DNA of 64,000 bases from Sphingomonadaceae bacterium (GCA_050261575.1 JBLNDL010000011.1:65345-129344), one strand, 5' to 3'; counted from the stretch's first letter, positions 39,709-52,074 are shown. Notes: a model not told the origin generated them from the sequence alone. Made by a program: numbers and translations.

Positions 39709-40338
39709 TCACGCCGCCTGCCTCTCCTTCCGGCCGCGAATCCGCTTGGCCAGGAAGAATGCCTCGCGCTCCGCGTCCTCAAGCGCCTCCCGGACATCCT
39801 TGATGATCGTCTCCTGCGTGGGAATCACCACGTTCCGAAGGGCGTTCACCCGCCGTTGGGTCTTTCGGATCTCCATGGCCAGCCTCGCCACCGAGACCTC
39901 TGCCTGGGCAGATTCGCACACCGACGCCACCACCCCCGCAAATGCCAAGGTAGCCCGGTCCAGCTCGGCCGACGTACCCTCGAAGCCGAGATTGGGATGG
40001 AGTTCCACGGGGGGACAGGTGACATCTGGGATCACGGCCCCAACGACGCTGCGCTCGGTGACCCTCAGGTCCAATCCGCCCGGAGCGGCCAGGGCAGCTC
40101 GGCGCACGGGGTCTACCCCCAGCGACATCCTGGCTCGGACGAGGGCATCGTAGGCATCGGCAAGGGCCCTCTCCAGGGTCTCCCTGGCACGCTCCGCGAC
40201 GGGAGTCGCGGCCATCAACTCCGACAGGAGGATCTCCCGCTTGCGGTCCAGGAGATCGTACCCTTGTCTGGCGAAGGCCAGCGTCCGCAGCGTCTGCAGC
40301 AACGTGCTTCGGGTAAGGGGAACGCGGGCTCGTGGCAA
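39709..40338 (-). CDS. atpD: V/A-type ATP synthase subunit D
   Basis: TRS.LL...L.FA..GYDLLDRKR, EIRKTQRRVNAL..VVIP, LE..ERE.FF..K. Confidence 0.93.
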   Translation of the reverse strand: MPRARVPLTRSTLLQTLRTLAFARQGYDLLDRKREILLSELMAATPVAERARETLERALADAYDALVRARMSLGVDPVRRAALAAPGGLDLRVTERSVVGAVIPDVTCPPVELHPNLGFEGTSAELDRATLAFAGVVASVCESAQAEVSVARLAMEIRKTQRRVNALRNVVIPTQETIIKDVREALEDAEREAFFLAKRIRGRKERQAA

Positions 40339-40341
40339 GGT

Positions 40342-41754
40342 TCAGCTCCTGATGGCACGAGCGACGGCGCGCCCGCGGCGGTAGTGCTGGTCCAACTCCT
40401 CGCGGGTCACCCGCTGCAGTTCCGACTCCGGCAGCAGGGACACCACGTCCCACCCTTTCTCCAACGTCTCGTCCATGGACCGGTCCTCGTCGATCCCCTG
40501 TCCCACGAATCGGCGCTCGAACTCGTCTCCGAAGGCCAGATAGCTGCGGTCTACCTCGGTCAACTCCTCCTCGCCAATGATCGAGGCCAGGGCGCGCACG
40601 CTGCGCACGTGGGAGTAGGCGGCGTACAACTGGCTCGCCAGGTCGGGGTGGTCTGGGCGGGTCTTGCCCGCTCCGATCCCGTCCTTCATGAGCCGAGACA
40701 GCGACGGGAGAACGTCGATCGGCGGGTAGATTCCTCGATGGTGGAGGTCGCGACTCAGCACGATTTGCCCCTCAGTGATGTATCCCGTGAGATCGGGCAC
40801 GGGATCTGTGATGTCGTCGTTGGGCATGGTGAGGATCGGCAACTGCGTGATGGACCCCCTCGACCCCTCGATCCGCCCTGTGCGCTCGTACAGCGAGGCC
40901 AGGTCGCTGTACAGGTAGCCAGGATAGCCCTTCCGACCTGGCACCTCCTCCCTTACGCTCGCCACCTCCCGCACCGCCGAGGCATAGTCCGTCATGTTCG
41001 TGAGGATCACCAGCACGTGCCGGTCGTGGCGGAAGGCCAGATACTCGGCCATGGTCAGCGCCGTCCGGGGGGTGACGATCCTCTCCATGGGCGGTGCGTC
41101 CGCGAGACTCAGGAACAGCACAGAGTTATGTAGAGCCCCGCTCGACTCGAAGCTGCTCTGGAAGAAGGTGGCTACGTCGTGGCTCACCCCCATTGCGGCG
41201 AAGACCAGAGAGAACTGCTGGCCCGCTCCAGGGATCTGGGCCTGGCGCGCGATCTGCGCGGCGATCTCGTCGTGCGGCAGTCCGCTGCCCGAGAAGATGG
41301 GTAGCTTCTGCCCCCGCACCAAGGTGTTCATGCCGTCGATGGCGGAGACCCCAGTCTGGATGTACTCCTCCGGGTAGATCCTGGCGGTGGGGTTGATCGG
41401 CGCCCCACCCACGGCCCTCAACTCCTCCGCGATAGGCGCAGGGCCTCCATCCAATGGCCTCGCAAAGGCATCGAAGACCCGACCCAGCATCTCCAGGGAC
41501 ACCGGTACCAACAGAGGATGGCCAAGGAAGCGGACCCGTGTAGCGACAGGGGAGAGGCCGCTTGTGCCCTGGAACACCTCGACCACGGCGCGATCCTCGT
41601 TCACCTCCAGCACCCTGCCCCGTCGCACTTCGCCGGAGGGAGTCACCACCTCCACCATCTCGTCGAAGCTGACCCCTCGTGCGCCCTCCACGAATACCAG
41701 GGGCCCCTGCACCCCTGCGATCCCGACGAACTCTCTAGCCGTAGCCTGGCTCAT
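40342..41754 (-). CDS. atpB: V/A-type ATP synthase subunit B
   Basis: [56 protein letters not shown]. Confidence 0.96.
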   Translation of the reverse strand: MSQATAREFVGIAGVQGPLVFVEGARGVSFDEMVEVVTPSGEVRRGRVLEVNEDRAVVEVFQGTSGLSPVATRVRFLGHPLLVPVSLEMLGRVFDAFARPLDGGPAPIAEELRAVGGAPINPTARIYPEEYIQTGVSAIDGMNTLVRGQKLPIFSGSGLPHDEIAAQIARQAQIPGAGQQFSLVFAAMGVSHDVATFFQSSFESSGALHNSVLFLSLADAPPMERIVTPRTALTMAEYLAFRHDRHVLVILTNMTDYASAVREVASVREEVPGRKGYPGYLYSDLASLYERTGRIEGSRGSITQLPILTMPNDDITDPVPDLTGYITEGQIVLSRDLHHRGIYPPIDVLPSLSRLMKDGIGAGKTRPDHPDLASQLYAAYSHVRSVRALASIIGEEELTEVDRSYLAFGDEFERRFVGQGIDEDRSMDETLEKGWDVVSLLPESELQRVTREELDQHYRRGRAVARAIRS

Positions 41755-41898
41755 CCCCGCCCCCGGTGGTCTGCAACGTCGTCTGCCGGCGAGGCCCGCC
41801 ATATCCGCTTGTGTCGCAGATCGACGCAGATGATGGGAGCCGCAGGAACCTGCGTTCGTACATCCGCGGACGTACGCGGATCGGTTCTGTTCCGCACT

Positions 41899-43698
41899 CT
41901 AAGCCGCCTGCACGTACTCGAGTTCGATCTCGTTCATCTGAAGGTCGATCTCTTGTTCGACCGCCGCGATCCGAGCAACCGCGTCGTTGGGTATCGTTCG
42001 CCTCATTCGCAGGAGTGAGTCCACAACCGGCAGGGATTGCAGTCTCAGGATGGGCACCCCGATTGCTATCAGACTGGAACCTCTCGTGTGGAAGTGCAGG
42101 ATCGCCCGCAGCATGGCGACCTGTCGCTCCGGTGTCGTGTAGGTGTCCACGTCGTCCAGTGCGTTTTGCTGTAGGAAGCCCTCGCGGATCAGCCTGGCCG
42201 AGAGGAGGACCATCCGCTGCTGGTCGGGCAGGGCATCCGGACCCACCAATCGGGCTATCTGTTGCAGCCGGTCCTCCTCGTGCAGCAGCGCCAAGGCGGC
42301 ATCCCGCAGGGCGCGCCACTGCGGGTCACCATTGGCCACCCACCAGCCCTCCACCTCGTTCACGTACTGGCTGTAGCTGTCCATCCAGTTGATCGAGGGG
42401 AAGTGACGTGCCGAGGCCAGATCGCGGTCCAGGGCCCAGAAGGCCCGCACGAACCGTTGCGTGTGCGTCGTCACGGGCTCCGTGAACGCGCCCCCCGGAG
42501 GGGACACAGCCCCGATCGCGGCGACGGAGCCCTCACTCCGCGCCAGCGTGGTGACCCTTCCCGCCCGCTCGTAGAATCCGGCCAGCCGGGAGGGCAGGTA
42601 CGCCGGATACCCTTCCTCGGCCGGCATCTCCTCCAGCCGGCCGGCGATCTCTCGCAGCGCCTCGGCCCAACGAGAGGTGGAATCGGCCATGATTGCCACG
42701 TGGTAGCCCATGTCCCGGAAGTACTCGGCAATGGTTATCCCCGTGTAGATGGATGCCTCGCGCGCGACCACCGGCATGTTGGAGGTATTGGCCACCAGCA
42801 CCGTGCGCTGCATCAGCGGCTTTCCGGTATGTGGATCCAGCAGCTTGGGGAAGTCCCGCAGAACGTCCGTCATCTCGTTCCCCCGCTCGCCACAGCCAAC
42901 GTAGACGATGACGTTGGCGTCGGACCACTTGGCCAGTTGGTGCTGCGTCACCGTCTTCCCCGTCCCGAAGCCCCCAGGAATAGCGGCCGTCCCCCCTTTC
43001 GCGAGGGGGAAGAAGGTGTCGATCACCCTCTGGCCGGTAACCAGCGGGACGTTGGGCAGCAGCCGCTCCAGGTAGGGGCGGCGGGTCCGAACAGGCCATC
43101 GCTGCATCATAGCGACCTCCCGCTCCCCTCCGTCCGTCTCCAGCCGGGCGATCGGCTCCTCCACCGTGTACTCCCCGCTCGGCGCAGCCCAGGTCACCTG
43201 GCCGGACAGGTCCGGGGGCAGCAGGATCCTGTGCTCGATCAACTCGGTCTCCCGGACAGTCCCGAGCACGGCACCCCCCTCGAGCCTGTCGCCAGCGACG
43301 ATCCGCACGTCGATGCGCCACCGCCGCGATCGATCCAGAGCAGGCGTCTGCACCCCCCGCTCCACGAACGCTCCGGTTTGCTCCTTGATTACCTCCAGCG
43401 GACGCTGCACCCCGTCGAACACCTGGCCAAGCAGACCGGGCCCCAACTCCGCCGAGAGAGGCATGCCAGTCCCGTACACCGGCATTCCAGGTCCGAGCCC
43501 GGAGGTGTCTTCGTAGACCTGGACGGTGCCCCGTCTCCCCCCGAGCCGGATGACCTCGCCCAGCAACCTTTGATCCCCCACCTGGACCAACTCGAGCATG
43601 CCGATCCGTTCAGCCCCCTCGATCGAGACGACGGGGCCGTCCACCCCGCTGATGGTGGCTACCACCGCGGATGTCTGCCGATATCGCGCTTCTGACAA
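41899..43698 (-). CDS. atpA: V/A-type ATP synthase subunit A
   Basis: [53 protein letters not shown]. Confidence 0.97.
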   Translation of the reverse strand: MSEARYRQTSAVVATISGVDGPVVSIEGAERIGMLELVQVGDQRLLGEVIRLGGRRGTVQVYEDTSGLGPGMPVYGTGMPLSAELGPGLLGQVFDGVQRPLEVIKEQTGAFVERGVQTPALDRSRRWRIDVRIVAGDRLEGGAVLGTVRETELIEHRILLPPDLSGQVTWAAPSGEYTVEEPIARLETDGGEREVAMMQRWPVRTRRPYLERLLPNVPLVTGQRVIDTFFPLAKGGTAAIPGGFGTGKTVTQHQLAKWSDANVIVYVGCGERGNEMTDVLRDFPKLLDPHTGKPLMQRTVLVANTSNMPVVAREASIYTGITIAEYFRDMGYHVAIMADSTSRWAEALREIAGRLEEMPAEEGYPAYLPSRLAGFYERAGRVTTLARSEGSVAAIGAVSPPGGAFTEPVTTHTQRFVRAFWALDRDLASARHFPSINWMDSYSQYVNEVEGWWVANGDPQWRALRDAALALLHEEDRLQQIARLVGPDALPDQQRMVLLSARLIREGFLQQNALDDVDTYTTPERQVAMLRAILHFHTRGSSLIAIGVPILRLQSLPVVDSLLRMRRTIPNDAVARIAAVEQEIDLQMNEIELEYVQAA

Positions 43699-44009
43699 TG
43701 CCGATCTCCAAGTCAGTATTCCCTACCGGAGCAGACAGGCTCCCTGGACAGCGCAATCGGCGTGGCGACGCTGCGCGTTCTTCGTCGTTCACCGCCCACT
43801 TGCCCGGCAGGCCACGCGCTATGGCCCTGCGCTCGCTCGCCTCACGTCCGCAACACGCTGACCTTGGGAACAACAGCGCCAACTCCGCTAGAGATGGCGC
43901 CGCTGGCGTTGGTGGCAGCGCTGGCTCCCTACTATTGGGAGTGGGGTTGTCCCAACCCCGACGATCGATGGCGCAGACGCCGGTGACGGAGCCGGTTTGC
44001 GGAGCACTA

Positions 44010-44077
44010 GGCAGGTATCTCTAGTTCATGTCAGCTTCTCCAACGGGAAGCGTGTACTCGATACAGAGACATCTGCT
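44010..44077 (-). mobile_element. 68-bp MITE-like element, copy B
   Basis: TIRs GCAGGTATCTC/GAGACATCTGC, flanked C-TA ... TA-G. Confidence 0.6.
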
Positions 44078-44763
44078 TAGGCCGCCCTCTCCTCCGGTGG
44101 TGGCCGCCCGGCCTCCGGCTGGCCCGCTTCCAAGGCTTCCCCGGACAGGATCCTCCAGATCCCGCCGCGAAGACTGGACTCCTGTCGGGCCAGGCGAGCC
44201 TCCAGGGAGTTGTCCACCACGATGCGCCCTCCGCCGCCCACGACAATGGCGCCGCCGCTGATCGCGGCCGGCTTCTCGGCCGGCTGGAGTTCGGCGGCGA
44301 TCCCCTCCCGGTCCAGTTCCTCCCGGATGCCCTCCAGGAACTGCCCGGACAGCAGGGCCGCGTCGGCCGGCGCAGTCTGGACCACGAGCCGACCGCCTCC
44401 AGCCTGTCGCGCGGCCTCCAACACCAGACGCCGCAGCGTGGTGCGTCGAGGCTCCGGCCCCCCCTCCTCCCTCAGCTTCGCGAGCGTCCGCTCGAGGACC
44501 TCGCGGATCAACCGCTCGCGCACGTCCAGCAGCTTCCGCTTCCCCTCCAACTCGGCGATCGACTCGATGCGCCGCCGAAGGCTCGCCGCCTCTTTCTCCG
44601 CCTCGCGCAGGATGCGGGCGCGCTCCTCCTCGGCCTCAGCAGCGGCCCGTTCCGCCTCCTCGGCGCTGGACCGCCGAGCCGCCTCGATCTCCCCGCGAGC
44701 CATCTCTTCGGCATCCTGGAGAATCGCCCTCCTCATCGCCTCTATTCCCGAAGCATCCGCCAT
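44077..44763 (-). CDS. atpE: V/A-type ATP synthase subunit E
   Basis: N-terminal coiled coil, C-terminal ISGG....GRIVVDNSLEARL. Start uncertain (44763, 44781 or 44853). Confidence 0.88.
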   Translation of the reverse strand: MADASGIEAMRRAILQDAEEMARGEIEAARRSSAEEAERAAAEAEEERARILREAEKEAASLRRRIESIAELEGKRKLLDVRERLIREVLERTLAKLREEGGPEPRRTTLRRLVLEAARQAGGGRLVVQTAPADAALLSGQFLEGIREELDREGIAAELQPAEKPAAISGGAIVVGGGGRIVVDNSLEARLARQESSLRGGIWRILSGEALEAGQPEAGRPPPEERAA

Positions 44764-44865
44764 CCTCGAACCATGAGCCATCGGCAGCAAGCGCTCAGCA
44801 CCCAGCGATCGACATCCAGCACTCGGCGTTCTGCACCCACCACCCAGAGTCACACATCACTGCCT

Positions 44866-45710
<845 letters not shown>

Positions 45711-47678
45711 CTATGGGGTGCCGATGGGCGTCACTCCCCGTGGATGAAGCGCAAAGGGTCGGTAGGCCGTGCCTCCACCACGCAGAAACTTCGTGAAGAA
45801 CTCGTAGTACTCCAGCCTCAAAGCCTGGATACCCACTATCAGACCCTCTAGCGCCAGGATCACGAGGTTCCCCAAGAGCAGGACTCCCACCGACGCGCCG
45901 GGCAGGCCGTGCACCAACTCGGCCAGGGCGAAGACGGTGACTCCGAGCCCAACGTGGCCCAGGGCGAAGGCCCCGATCCTGAGAAAGGACACCGTGTTGC
46001 TCGTGAGCCTGATCACCAAGTCGAAGGACTCCACCCCGGCTTGAATCAAGTAGGCCCCACCCACGCCCCCCTCCGACCGCCCCAAAGCCCGCGCGATGGG
46101 GCCGTGCAGGAAGATGAGGACTAGAGGCACCCCCACCAGCGGCACGAGGATCCACGGTGCGAAGGCGTCGCCCGCAAACACGGCTAACCATCCCGTCGCT
46201 ACCAGTCCCCAGTAGAGCCAGAGCCCCGCCAGGCCGTTCTGGCCAAGGAAGAACTCCACTCTGTCACGCCGCCTAAAGGCGCCGATGGCGCCGAAAACCA
46301 GCCCGACGCTGAGCACCACGGTCCCCAGGGCAACGGCCACGCCGATCAGCAAGAGTGGTTGCTCCATCGGACGAAGCCATAGCGCCGGAATCACCTCCTC
46401 GGAGCCGAAGACGCTGCCGTAGAGCAGCCCGAATACCATCGCGGAGGCCCCGCAGGTGGCAAGGATCGGGCTCAGTCCTGCCAGTCCCCGGGCGATGCGG
46501 CCCCTCGCCAGGGCGAGGCCCAGGAGCATCAGCACCGCCCCCTGGCCCAGATCGCCGAACATCGCACCAAAGATCAGAGCATAGAGAAGGGCGGCGATGG
46601 GCGTGGGGTCCAGGTCCCAGTAGTCGGGCAACCCGAAAGTGCGAGTCAGCCCCTCGAACGGGCGAAGCGGCGCGGGATTGGAGAGCGCCGTCGGGGCCGG
46701 GGGCTCGGATCCTTCCCCCTCGGGCTCCGGCTTCACCATGCTCAACGCCTCTCTCCCGCCGGTGGCGGTAGCCACCTCGGCGGCAAAGTCCCGGGCGCGA
46801 GCCTCCGGTATCCAGCCCGCCAGCAACCGAGTCCGCTCGGTTCGCCCCGCCTGGCTCCACAGGTTGACCACGCGGCCGTTGATGTCGAGGGCTCCACGAG
46901 CACGACGCAACTCCTCGCTCCACCTGTCGCCGAGCAGCCGCCGATCCCTGTCCACCCCCTCGATCTCACGGTCCACCTCGGCCTGTCTCACCCTCAGCTC
47001 GGCCAATGCCTCCGCGGGACTGCCCGTGAGTTCCGAAGGTATCTCCATCCGCTCGAGGTAGGCGCTCTGCAGCGTTCGGTCCAGCAGTCCGGCGACCTCC
47101 TGTGGTGAGAACGCAAACACCAACTCGCGATCCCCCACCCTGCTGACTCGTACGATCAGATGCGGCACGTCTCGCAGGCTCTCCTCCAACCTGGGAAGGC
47201 TCGTCGCCGGCAGCAGGCCCGTCACGAGATGGACGAAGCGAAGGCTCCGCAGCCGTGCCAGATCCACCTCCAGCCGCTCGAGCAGCCGCAACTGAGCTTC
47301 CAGACCCAGCAGCCGCAGCCTCCGGGACTGCAGCTCGTGGCTTCGGTCCTCCAACTGCCTGACTTCCGGCTCCACTGAGCCCAGCAATCGGCGCACCTGG
47401 TCGATGACCTCCTGAGGAGCAACGGGGACTCCCACCTCGGGCCCGTCCAGCGAAATCCCCAGCAACTCCGCTACACTGTCGATCCTCCGGTCCGCCGAGG
47501 CGTATTCGGCCGCCAGGGCGTCCATCTCCGCCCATTCCAGCGGAACCGCCCATGGCCCCAACTCCACGGCGTCTACCGGATGCAGCAGTGCAATCTCCCC
47601 TATCCGCTCGCTCAGCGCTACCAGGTCTCGATCCAGGGCCAGCAGCTCGACCCGGACCATCGGTACCGGGGTAAGCAT
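45711..47678 (-). CDS. atpI: V/A-type ATP synthase subunit I (a)
   Basis: GWIP, PT.L.N, DPTP, FGAMFGDLGQG, SNTVSFLRIGAF...H, EGL..GIQ.LRLEYYEFF.KF. Confidence 0.95.
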   Translation of the reverse strand: MLTPVPMVRVELLALDRDLVALSERIGEIALLHPVDAVELGPWAVPLEWAEMDALAAEYASADRRIDSVAELLGISLDGPEVGVPVAPQEVIDQVRRLLGSVEPEVRQLEDRSHELQSRRLRLLGLEAQLRLLERLEVDLARLRSLRFVHLVTGLLPATSLPRLEESLRDVPHLIVRVSRVGDRELVFAFSPQEVAGLLDRTLQSAYLERMEIPSELTGSPAEALAELRVRQAEVDREIEGVDRDRRLLGDRWSEELRRARGALDINGRVVNLWSQAGRTERTRLLAGWIPEARARDFAAEVATATGGREALSMVKPEPEGEGSEPPAPTALSNPAPLRPFEGLTRTFGLPDYWDLDPTPIAALLYALIFGAMFGDLGQGAVLMLLGLALARGRIARGLAGLSPILATCGASAMVFGLLYGSVFGSEEVIPALWLRPMEQPLLLIGVAVALGTVVLSVGLVFGAIGAFRRRDRVEFFLGQNGLAGLWLYWGLVATGWLAVFAGDAFAPWILVPLVGVPLVLIFLHGPIARALGRSEGGVGGAYLIQAGVESFDLVIRLTSNTVSFLRIGAFALGHVGLGVTVFALAELVHGLPGASVGVLLLGNLVILALEGLIVGIQALRLEYYEFFTKFLRGGGTAYRPFALHPRGVTPIGTP

Positions 47679-48733
47679 CAGGCGAGGCTCCACAACATGG
47701 ATACCGTCTCTTCGGCAGAGCGACCGTACCGCTTCGCCTCGAGGATCGCCCGCAGGTCGTGCACCTCCGCCTCCTTGAGCCCAACGAAGGCAAGCGCCAC
47801 TCCAATCTGGAACGGGATCCCAAGCAGCGCCGATCGCGCCGCCGCCACCAGGTGGCGCTGGAGGATCGCCTCCGCGCCGCCCAGCGGATCGGGCAGGCTA
47901 GGAACCCCGGACAGCAGGGACCTGTAGGGCTCGGGAAGCGCGGCGACGACGGTATCGGCGGCATCGCCCAACGCCGCTCGCCGAATGACCTCGTCGGTCA
48001 CCCGCCTGCCATACGGCAGGGTGTAGTTGAAGATCACCTCGGGCGGCAGCCGGTAGACGAGGCGGTATCTCATGATCCATTCGATATTGAGGGCATCGTA
48101 ACGGGTTCCCATCATCTGCTCGGCGATCCGTCGGTCCTGCCCCGGCAGCTCCTGGACGGCACCCCATAGGCGGCGGTAGTAGTGGAGGTCCAGCGCGACC
48201 TCGATGGGGAAGAGCGACCGTTCCGCAGCGAAACGGGGCATGGCAGCCCGGAGCACCGGACCGTAATGGTGCCAACCCAGAACTCGGGCCAACGCCTCCA
48301 CGCCCTCGGCGCGCAGCAGATCCTCCGTTGGGAGATCGGAGAGCCTGCCCAGATGGACCAAGAGGGGGCGCACAGCCTCGGCGGACTCCCCCCGAGCCTT
48401 GGCCCGAATGATGGTCTTCAGGTTCTCGAGTTCCAGTCTCCTCCCGATCTCCACCATCAGGCGTCCCTGCGCTCCTCCGAGGATAGCTGCAGCGCGGAGG
48501 TAGTCGCCCACCAAGCTCGTGACCACGGACCTCTCTGCATCGGTCACGGATGCGCCCCTCTCCAGCAGTGCGCGGGCCATCTCGTTGTAGGCGGTGCCCA
48601 GCTGCAGTCTGAGCACCCCTTCCAGGTCTGGAGAGGCGGCCAGGCCACGCAACTGCGCAGGGGTCAGGAGCCGGGATATCATCCCCCGCAATTCGGCGTT
48701 GGGCCGGGAGTAGCGCAGGATCTGCAGGCTCAA
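47678..48733 (-). CDS. atpC: V/A-type ATP synthase subunit C (d)
   Basis: Y...NA.LRGM.S.LL, ELENLK.IIR, E..LD..YY, D..NI.W..R, KEAEV.DL..I.EA.RY. Confidence 0.88.
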   Translation of the reverse strand: MSLQILRYSRPNAELRGMISRLLTPAQLRGLAASPDLEGVLRLQLGTAYNEMARALLERGASVTDAERSVVTSLVGDYLRAAAILGGAQGRLMVEIGRRLELENLKTIIRAKARGESAEAVRPLLVHLGRLSDLPTEDLLRAEGVEALARVLGWHHYGPVLRAAMPRFAAERSLFPIEVALDLHYYRRLWGAVQELPGQDRRIAEQMMGTRYDALNIEWIMRYRLVYRLPPEVIFNYTLPYGRRVTDEVIRRAALGDAADTVVAALPEPYRSLLSGVPSLPDPLGGAEAILQRHLVAAARSALLGIPFQIGVALAFVGLKEAEVHDLRAILEAKRYGRSAEETVSMLWSLA

Positions 48734-49101
48734 CTCACCTGCTTCCTTTGGCCGCGCGCGGCCGGCGAAACCTCCGGCAGCCCGAGCAGGCGAGCCATCG
48801 CGAAGGCAACTGCCTCGTCGATCCTCCGGCGGGCGGAGCGCTCCAGCTCGGCGATCTCCCGGTCCGATTCCGCCAGCCGTCGGTCACGCCCCCGCTCCGC
48901 CTCGGCCCTCGCCGCCGCCACCATCTCCTCGGCCTGCCGGGTTGCCTCGGCCAGCAATCGCTCCCGCAGCCGCCGCGCATCCTCGATGGCCCCCGCGCGA
49001 ATCGCCCGCGCCTCCGCAGACGCTCGGTCGACCATCTCCCTCGCCTCGCGCTCGATGTCGAGCACCTCCTCCACGGCTCGCTGAACCTCTTCCTGCGCCA
49101 C
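48730..49101 (-). CDS. V/A-type ATP synthase subunit G/H (peripheral stalk)
   Basis: E/A/R-rich coiled coil, first gene of the ATPase block; GTG with a GGAAGGAG RBS. Confidence 0.75.
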   Translation of the reverse strand: MAQEEVQRAVEEVLDIEREAREMVDRASAEARAIRAGAIEDARRLRERLLAEATRQAEEMVAAARAEAERGRDRRLAESDREIAELERSARRRIDEAVAFAMARLLGLPEVSPAARGQRKQVS

Positions 49102-49121
49102 GGCCTCTCCTTCCAGTGCCT

Positions 49122-50216
49122 CTACGATGCCTTGGAGCGCCGCGCCCGACGAGCCCGCTCCAACACCCAGAGCTCCGCCCCCTCCACGGCACGCACCTCG
49201 CCCAGTCCCTCGCCGTTCATCAGGATGTGTGCCCCGAGAGAGTCGAAGTGGAAGCGCATCTGGTGAAGCCCCCGCTCGCCCAGACGTCGGGCCACCTCGG
49301 GCTGTCGGTCGGGCGGGCAGCACAGCAACAGAAACCCCCCACCACCGGCCCCGGTGACCTTGCCGCCCAGCGCTCCGGCATCCCTGGCCACCCGGTAGGA
49401 CTCGTCGATGGATTCGTTCGTCACCGCGGGCGCCAGCCGCTTCTTCATCTCCCATCCGCGGTCGAGCAGCCACCCCACCGCAGCCAGATCGCCCCTCTCC
49501 AGTTCTACCCGCATCTCGAGAGCCATCTCCTTTATGGCGTGGAGGGACTTGAGCACCACCCGCTCTCCCCGACGGGTCGACTCCCGCTGCTGTCTCAAGA
49601 TCGTGGAAGAGCTTCGGGAGCTACCCATGAAGAAGAGCATCAGATGGCCCTCCAGTTCGCGCGTCCTCTCGGGCGACAGCCTGAGCGGCTCGACTGTGGT
49701 GCCCTCTGCGGTGAAGGTGATCACGTTCAGTCCGCCGAATGCCGAGGCGTATTGGTCCTGCTTGCCGATGGGCATGCCCAGTCGCTCGATCTCCAGGTGA
49801 GAGGCCAGCTCGGACAGCTCGTGGCGTGAGACGGGTCTCCCCTGCTTGGCTGCCAGCGCCAGGCTGAGGCACACCGCCGCCGCACTCGACGAGCCGAGCC
49901 CAGTTCCTGGCGGAATCTCGGACGCCAAGAAAACCTCGTGGCCCGGCGGCAGGCCGAAGTGATCGATCACGGCCTTGGGGAGGGCCAGGTTGCCATCCCA
50001 CACCAGATCCTGGACCGCCTCCTGGAGGTGGAAGGTTCCGTAGTTCGCGGAGATCAACTGGAGGCTCTGGGAGTCGCTCTCGGAGATGACCGTGTAGAAG
50101 TACTTGTCTATGGCGGCGCTGACCACCATCCCACCGTACTTCGAGTAGTATGCTTCGAGGTCGGTGCCTCCTCCCGCGAAGCTGATTCGCATCGGCGCTC
50201 TGGCGATCAGCGGCAA
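49122..50216 (-). CDS. hddA: D-glycero-alpha-D-manno-heptose-7-phosphate kinase (GHMP family)
   Basis: RAPMRISFAGGGTD, PPGTGLGSSS, GKQDQY, KVTGAGGGG. Confidence 0.85.
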   Translation of the reverse strand: MPLIARAPMRISFAGGGTDLEAYYSKYGGMVVSAAIDKYFYTVISESDSQSLQLISANYGTFHLQEAVQDLVWDGNLALPKAVIDHFGLPPGHEVFLASEIPPGTGLGSSSAAAVCLSLALAAKQGRPVSRHELSELASHLEIERLGMPIGKQDQYASAFGGLNVITFTAEGTTVEPLRLSPERTRELEGHLMLFFMGSSRSSSTILRQQRESTRRGERVVLKSLHAIKEMALEMRVELERGDLAAVGWLLDRGWEMKKRLAPAVTNESIDESYRVARDAGALGGKVTGAGGGGFLLLCCPPDRQPEVARRLGERGLHQMRFHFDSLGAHILMNGEGLGEVRAVEGAELWVLERARRARRSKAS

Positions 50217-50239
50217 CTCTCCACCTCCTTCCTGCCAAG

Positions 50240-50278
50240 CCCTGGGTGCTGAGGACTGAGGATTCGGTCCTCAGTCTG
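50240..50278. repeat. Heptamer (GGACTGA) inverted repeat
   Basis: GTGCTGAGGACTGAGGATTCGGTCCTCAGTC, the same motif as at 32105-32180. Confidence 0.55.
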
Positions 50279-50279
50279 C

Positions 50280-51008
50280 CTACGGCCACGAGGTCTCCGT
50301 CAACGGGGTGACGATCACCTCCTGGATGGAGCTCTCCTCTGGCTGCGTCAGGACGAACAGGATCACCCTGGCCACGTTGGCGGGATCCTGGAGGTTGGAC
50401 GGGTCGGGCGGCGGATCGAGCCTGTCGAAGAAGTGGGTGCGCATCCCGCCGGGCACGAGGGCGGTGGCCCTTATCCTGTGAGGGCGGCCCTCCACCCCCA
50501 GGGCGTGGGTGAACCCCATCAGCCCCCACTTGGAGGCGTGGTAGGCCGACGCGTTGGCCCACGCCCGCTTCGCCGCCGTGGAGGCCACGTTGACGATGTG
50601 GCCACCCCCTTGCGCCTGCATGATGGGGAATACGGCTTTGGCGAAGAGAAACGCCCCGCGCAGATTGACACCGATCACCCGATCCCACTGCTCTACAGTC
50701 ATCTCCGTGATCGGGAGCACGTGGTCGGTTCCCGCGTTGTTGATCAGGTAGTCGATGCGGCCGTAGCTCCTGAGCACGGACTCCACCGTGCTCCGGACCT
50801 GCCCGGCGTCGCTGACGTCCGCCACGAGCGCCATCGCGCTGCCCCCTGCCTCCCGAACTCCGGCGGCCACGACCTCGGCCCTACCCGCGTTCAAGTCCAC
50901 CACTGCCACGGCCGCACCCGCCCGGGCGAGTGCAAGGGCCGTCGCCTCCCCGAGTCCGCTGGCCGCTCCCGTGACGACGGCCACTCTGCCTCGCAGCGAG
51001 TTGTCCAT
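50280..51008 (-). CDS. SDR family NAD(P)-dependent oxidoreductase
   Basis: TGAASGLG, NNAG, YHASK catalytic motif. Confidence 0.92.
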   Translation of the reverse strand: MDNSLRGRVAVVTGAASGLGEATALALARAGAAVAVVDLNAGRAEVVAAGVREAGGSAMALVADVSDAGQVRSTVESVLRSYGRIDYLINNAGTDHVLPITEMTVEQWDRVIGVNLRGAFLFAKAVFPIMQAQGGGHIVNVASTAAKRAWANASAYHASKWGLMGFTHALGVEGRPHRIRATALVPGGMRTHFFDRLDPPPDPSNLQDPANVARVILFVLTQPEESSIQEVIVTPLTETSWP

Positions 51009-51215
51009 CAGTCCTGCCTCCTGTTCCTCTCCTCCTGCACCGTGCCCTGCCAGGGCAGCGAGGGCGAGCCCGGCGTCCCAAAGCGGGGCGGGGCCTCGTG
51101 CCTCGCCGCCCGGTCCTGCAGCCCTACGCCACCAGCCGCGGAGTCCGGGCTATCCCAACCCCGATGGTCGATAGCGTCTTCGCCAGCGTTGGTGACACCG
51201 CCGCCTCCAGGATCA

Positions 51216-52055
51216 TCACCGGTGAGTGTCATCCCCGGAGTCCCCCACCAACCGCTGGAAGAGTGAGGTGGCGTTCACCTCCCTGTTGGGGACCAGAGTG
51301 GGCAGCTCCAGATGGTAGGTGCCGCTCGGCAGGATGCCACACCCGCCGTACTTCCTCAGTAGCAGCAGTTGCGCCAGCACCTCCTCGCCAGCATGCTGGT
51401 CGGGGAGCTGGTCCCACCAGGAGAAGCCCCCCACGTCCAGCAGCTTCTTCCGGTCGTACAGCACGTTGGCTCCGCCGACCCAGGCCACCTTGTAGCGCAC
51501 CACTTCCCCACCCTTCACCAGCATCTCAGCCAGGTGGAGGGGGTTGGCCGCGTTGTTCACTTTGTGCCTGTCCCATGGGATCCGATCCCAATCGAAGGGC
51601 TCCGGCTTCACAGGACCCTCCCACAGGTCGATGTTGTGCTGCCACGGCCGGAAATCATCCAGGTAGCTGAGGCCGGTCGCAGCGCATCCGACGAAACCGA
51701 TCCGCTCCTGCTGCATTACCCTCAGCATCCGCTCCATCGTCTCCGGCTCCAGCAGGACGTCATCGTCCAAGAAGTGCACGTAGTCCGCCTCGCTCTGGCT
51801 CAGCAGAAAGTGCCGGTGCTCCGCGAGGCCACGCCTGGGCAGGTGCCTGAAGCTTCTGACCCGGCGACCCCGATACCGGAAGGCTAGCATCAGCGTGCGG
51901 ATCTCCTGGGACTCAAGCATCCCCTCGTCGTCTCCCTGGTCGGAGATGACGAGGTCGAACTCCCGAAAGGTCTGGCCGAACAGGCTGGCCAGGACAACAG
52001 CGAGCCCGGTCTTCCTCCCTCCGCTGGGGATCAACACTTCGACCGTCGGGCTCAT
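51216..52055 (-). CDS. Glycosyltransferase family 2
   Basis: VLIP, ISDQ, FLDDDV; start uncertain (52055 or 52103). Confidence 0.82.
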   Translation of the reverse strand: MSPTVEVLIPSGGRKTGLAVVLASLFGQTFREFDLVISDQGDDEGMLESQEIRTLMLAFRYRGRRVRSFRHLPRRGLAEHRHFLLSQSEADYVHFLDDDVLLEPETMERMLRVMQQERIGFVGCAATGLSYLDDFRPWQHNIDLWEGPVKPEPFDWDRIPWDRHKVNNAANPLHLAEMLVKGGEVVRYKVAWVGGANVLYDRKKLLDVGGFSWWDQLPDQHAGEEVLAQLLLLRKYGGCGILPSGTYHLELPTLVPNREVNATSLFQRLVGDSGDDTHR

Positions 52056-52074
52056 CCCGCCCGCATCCCCCTCC

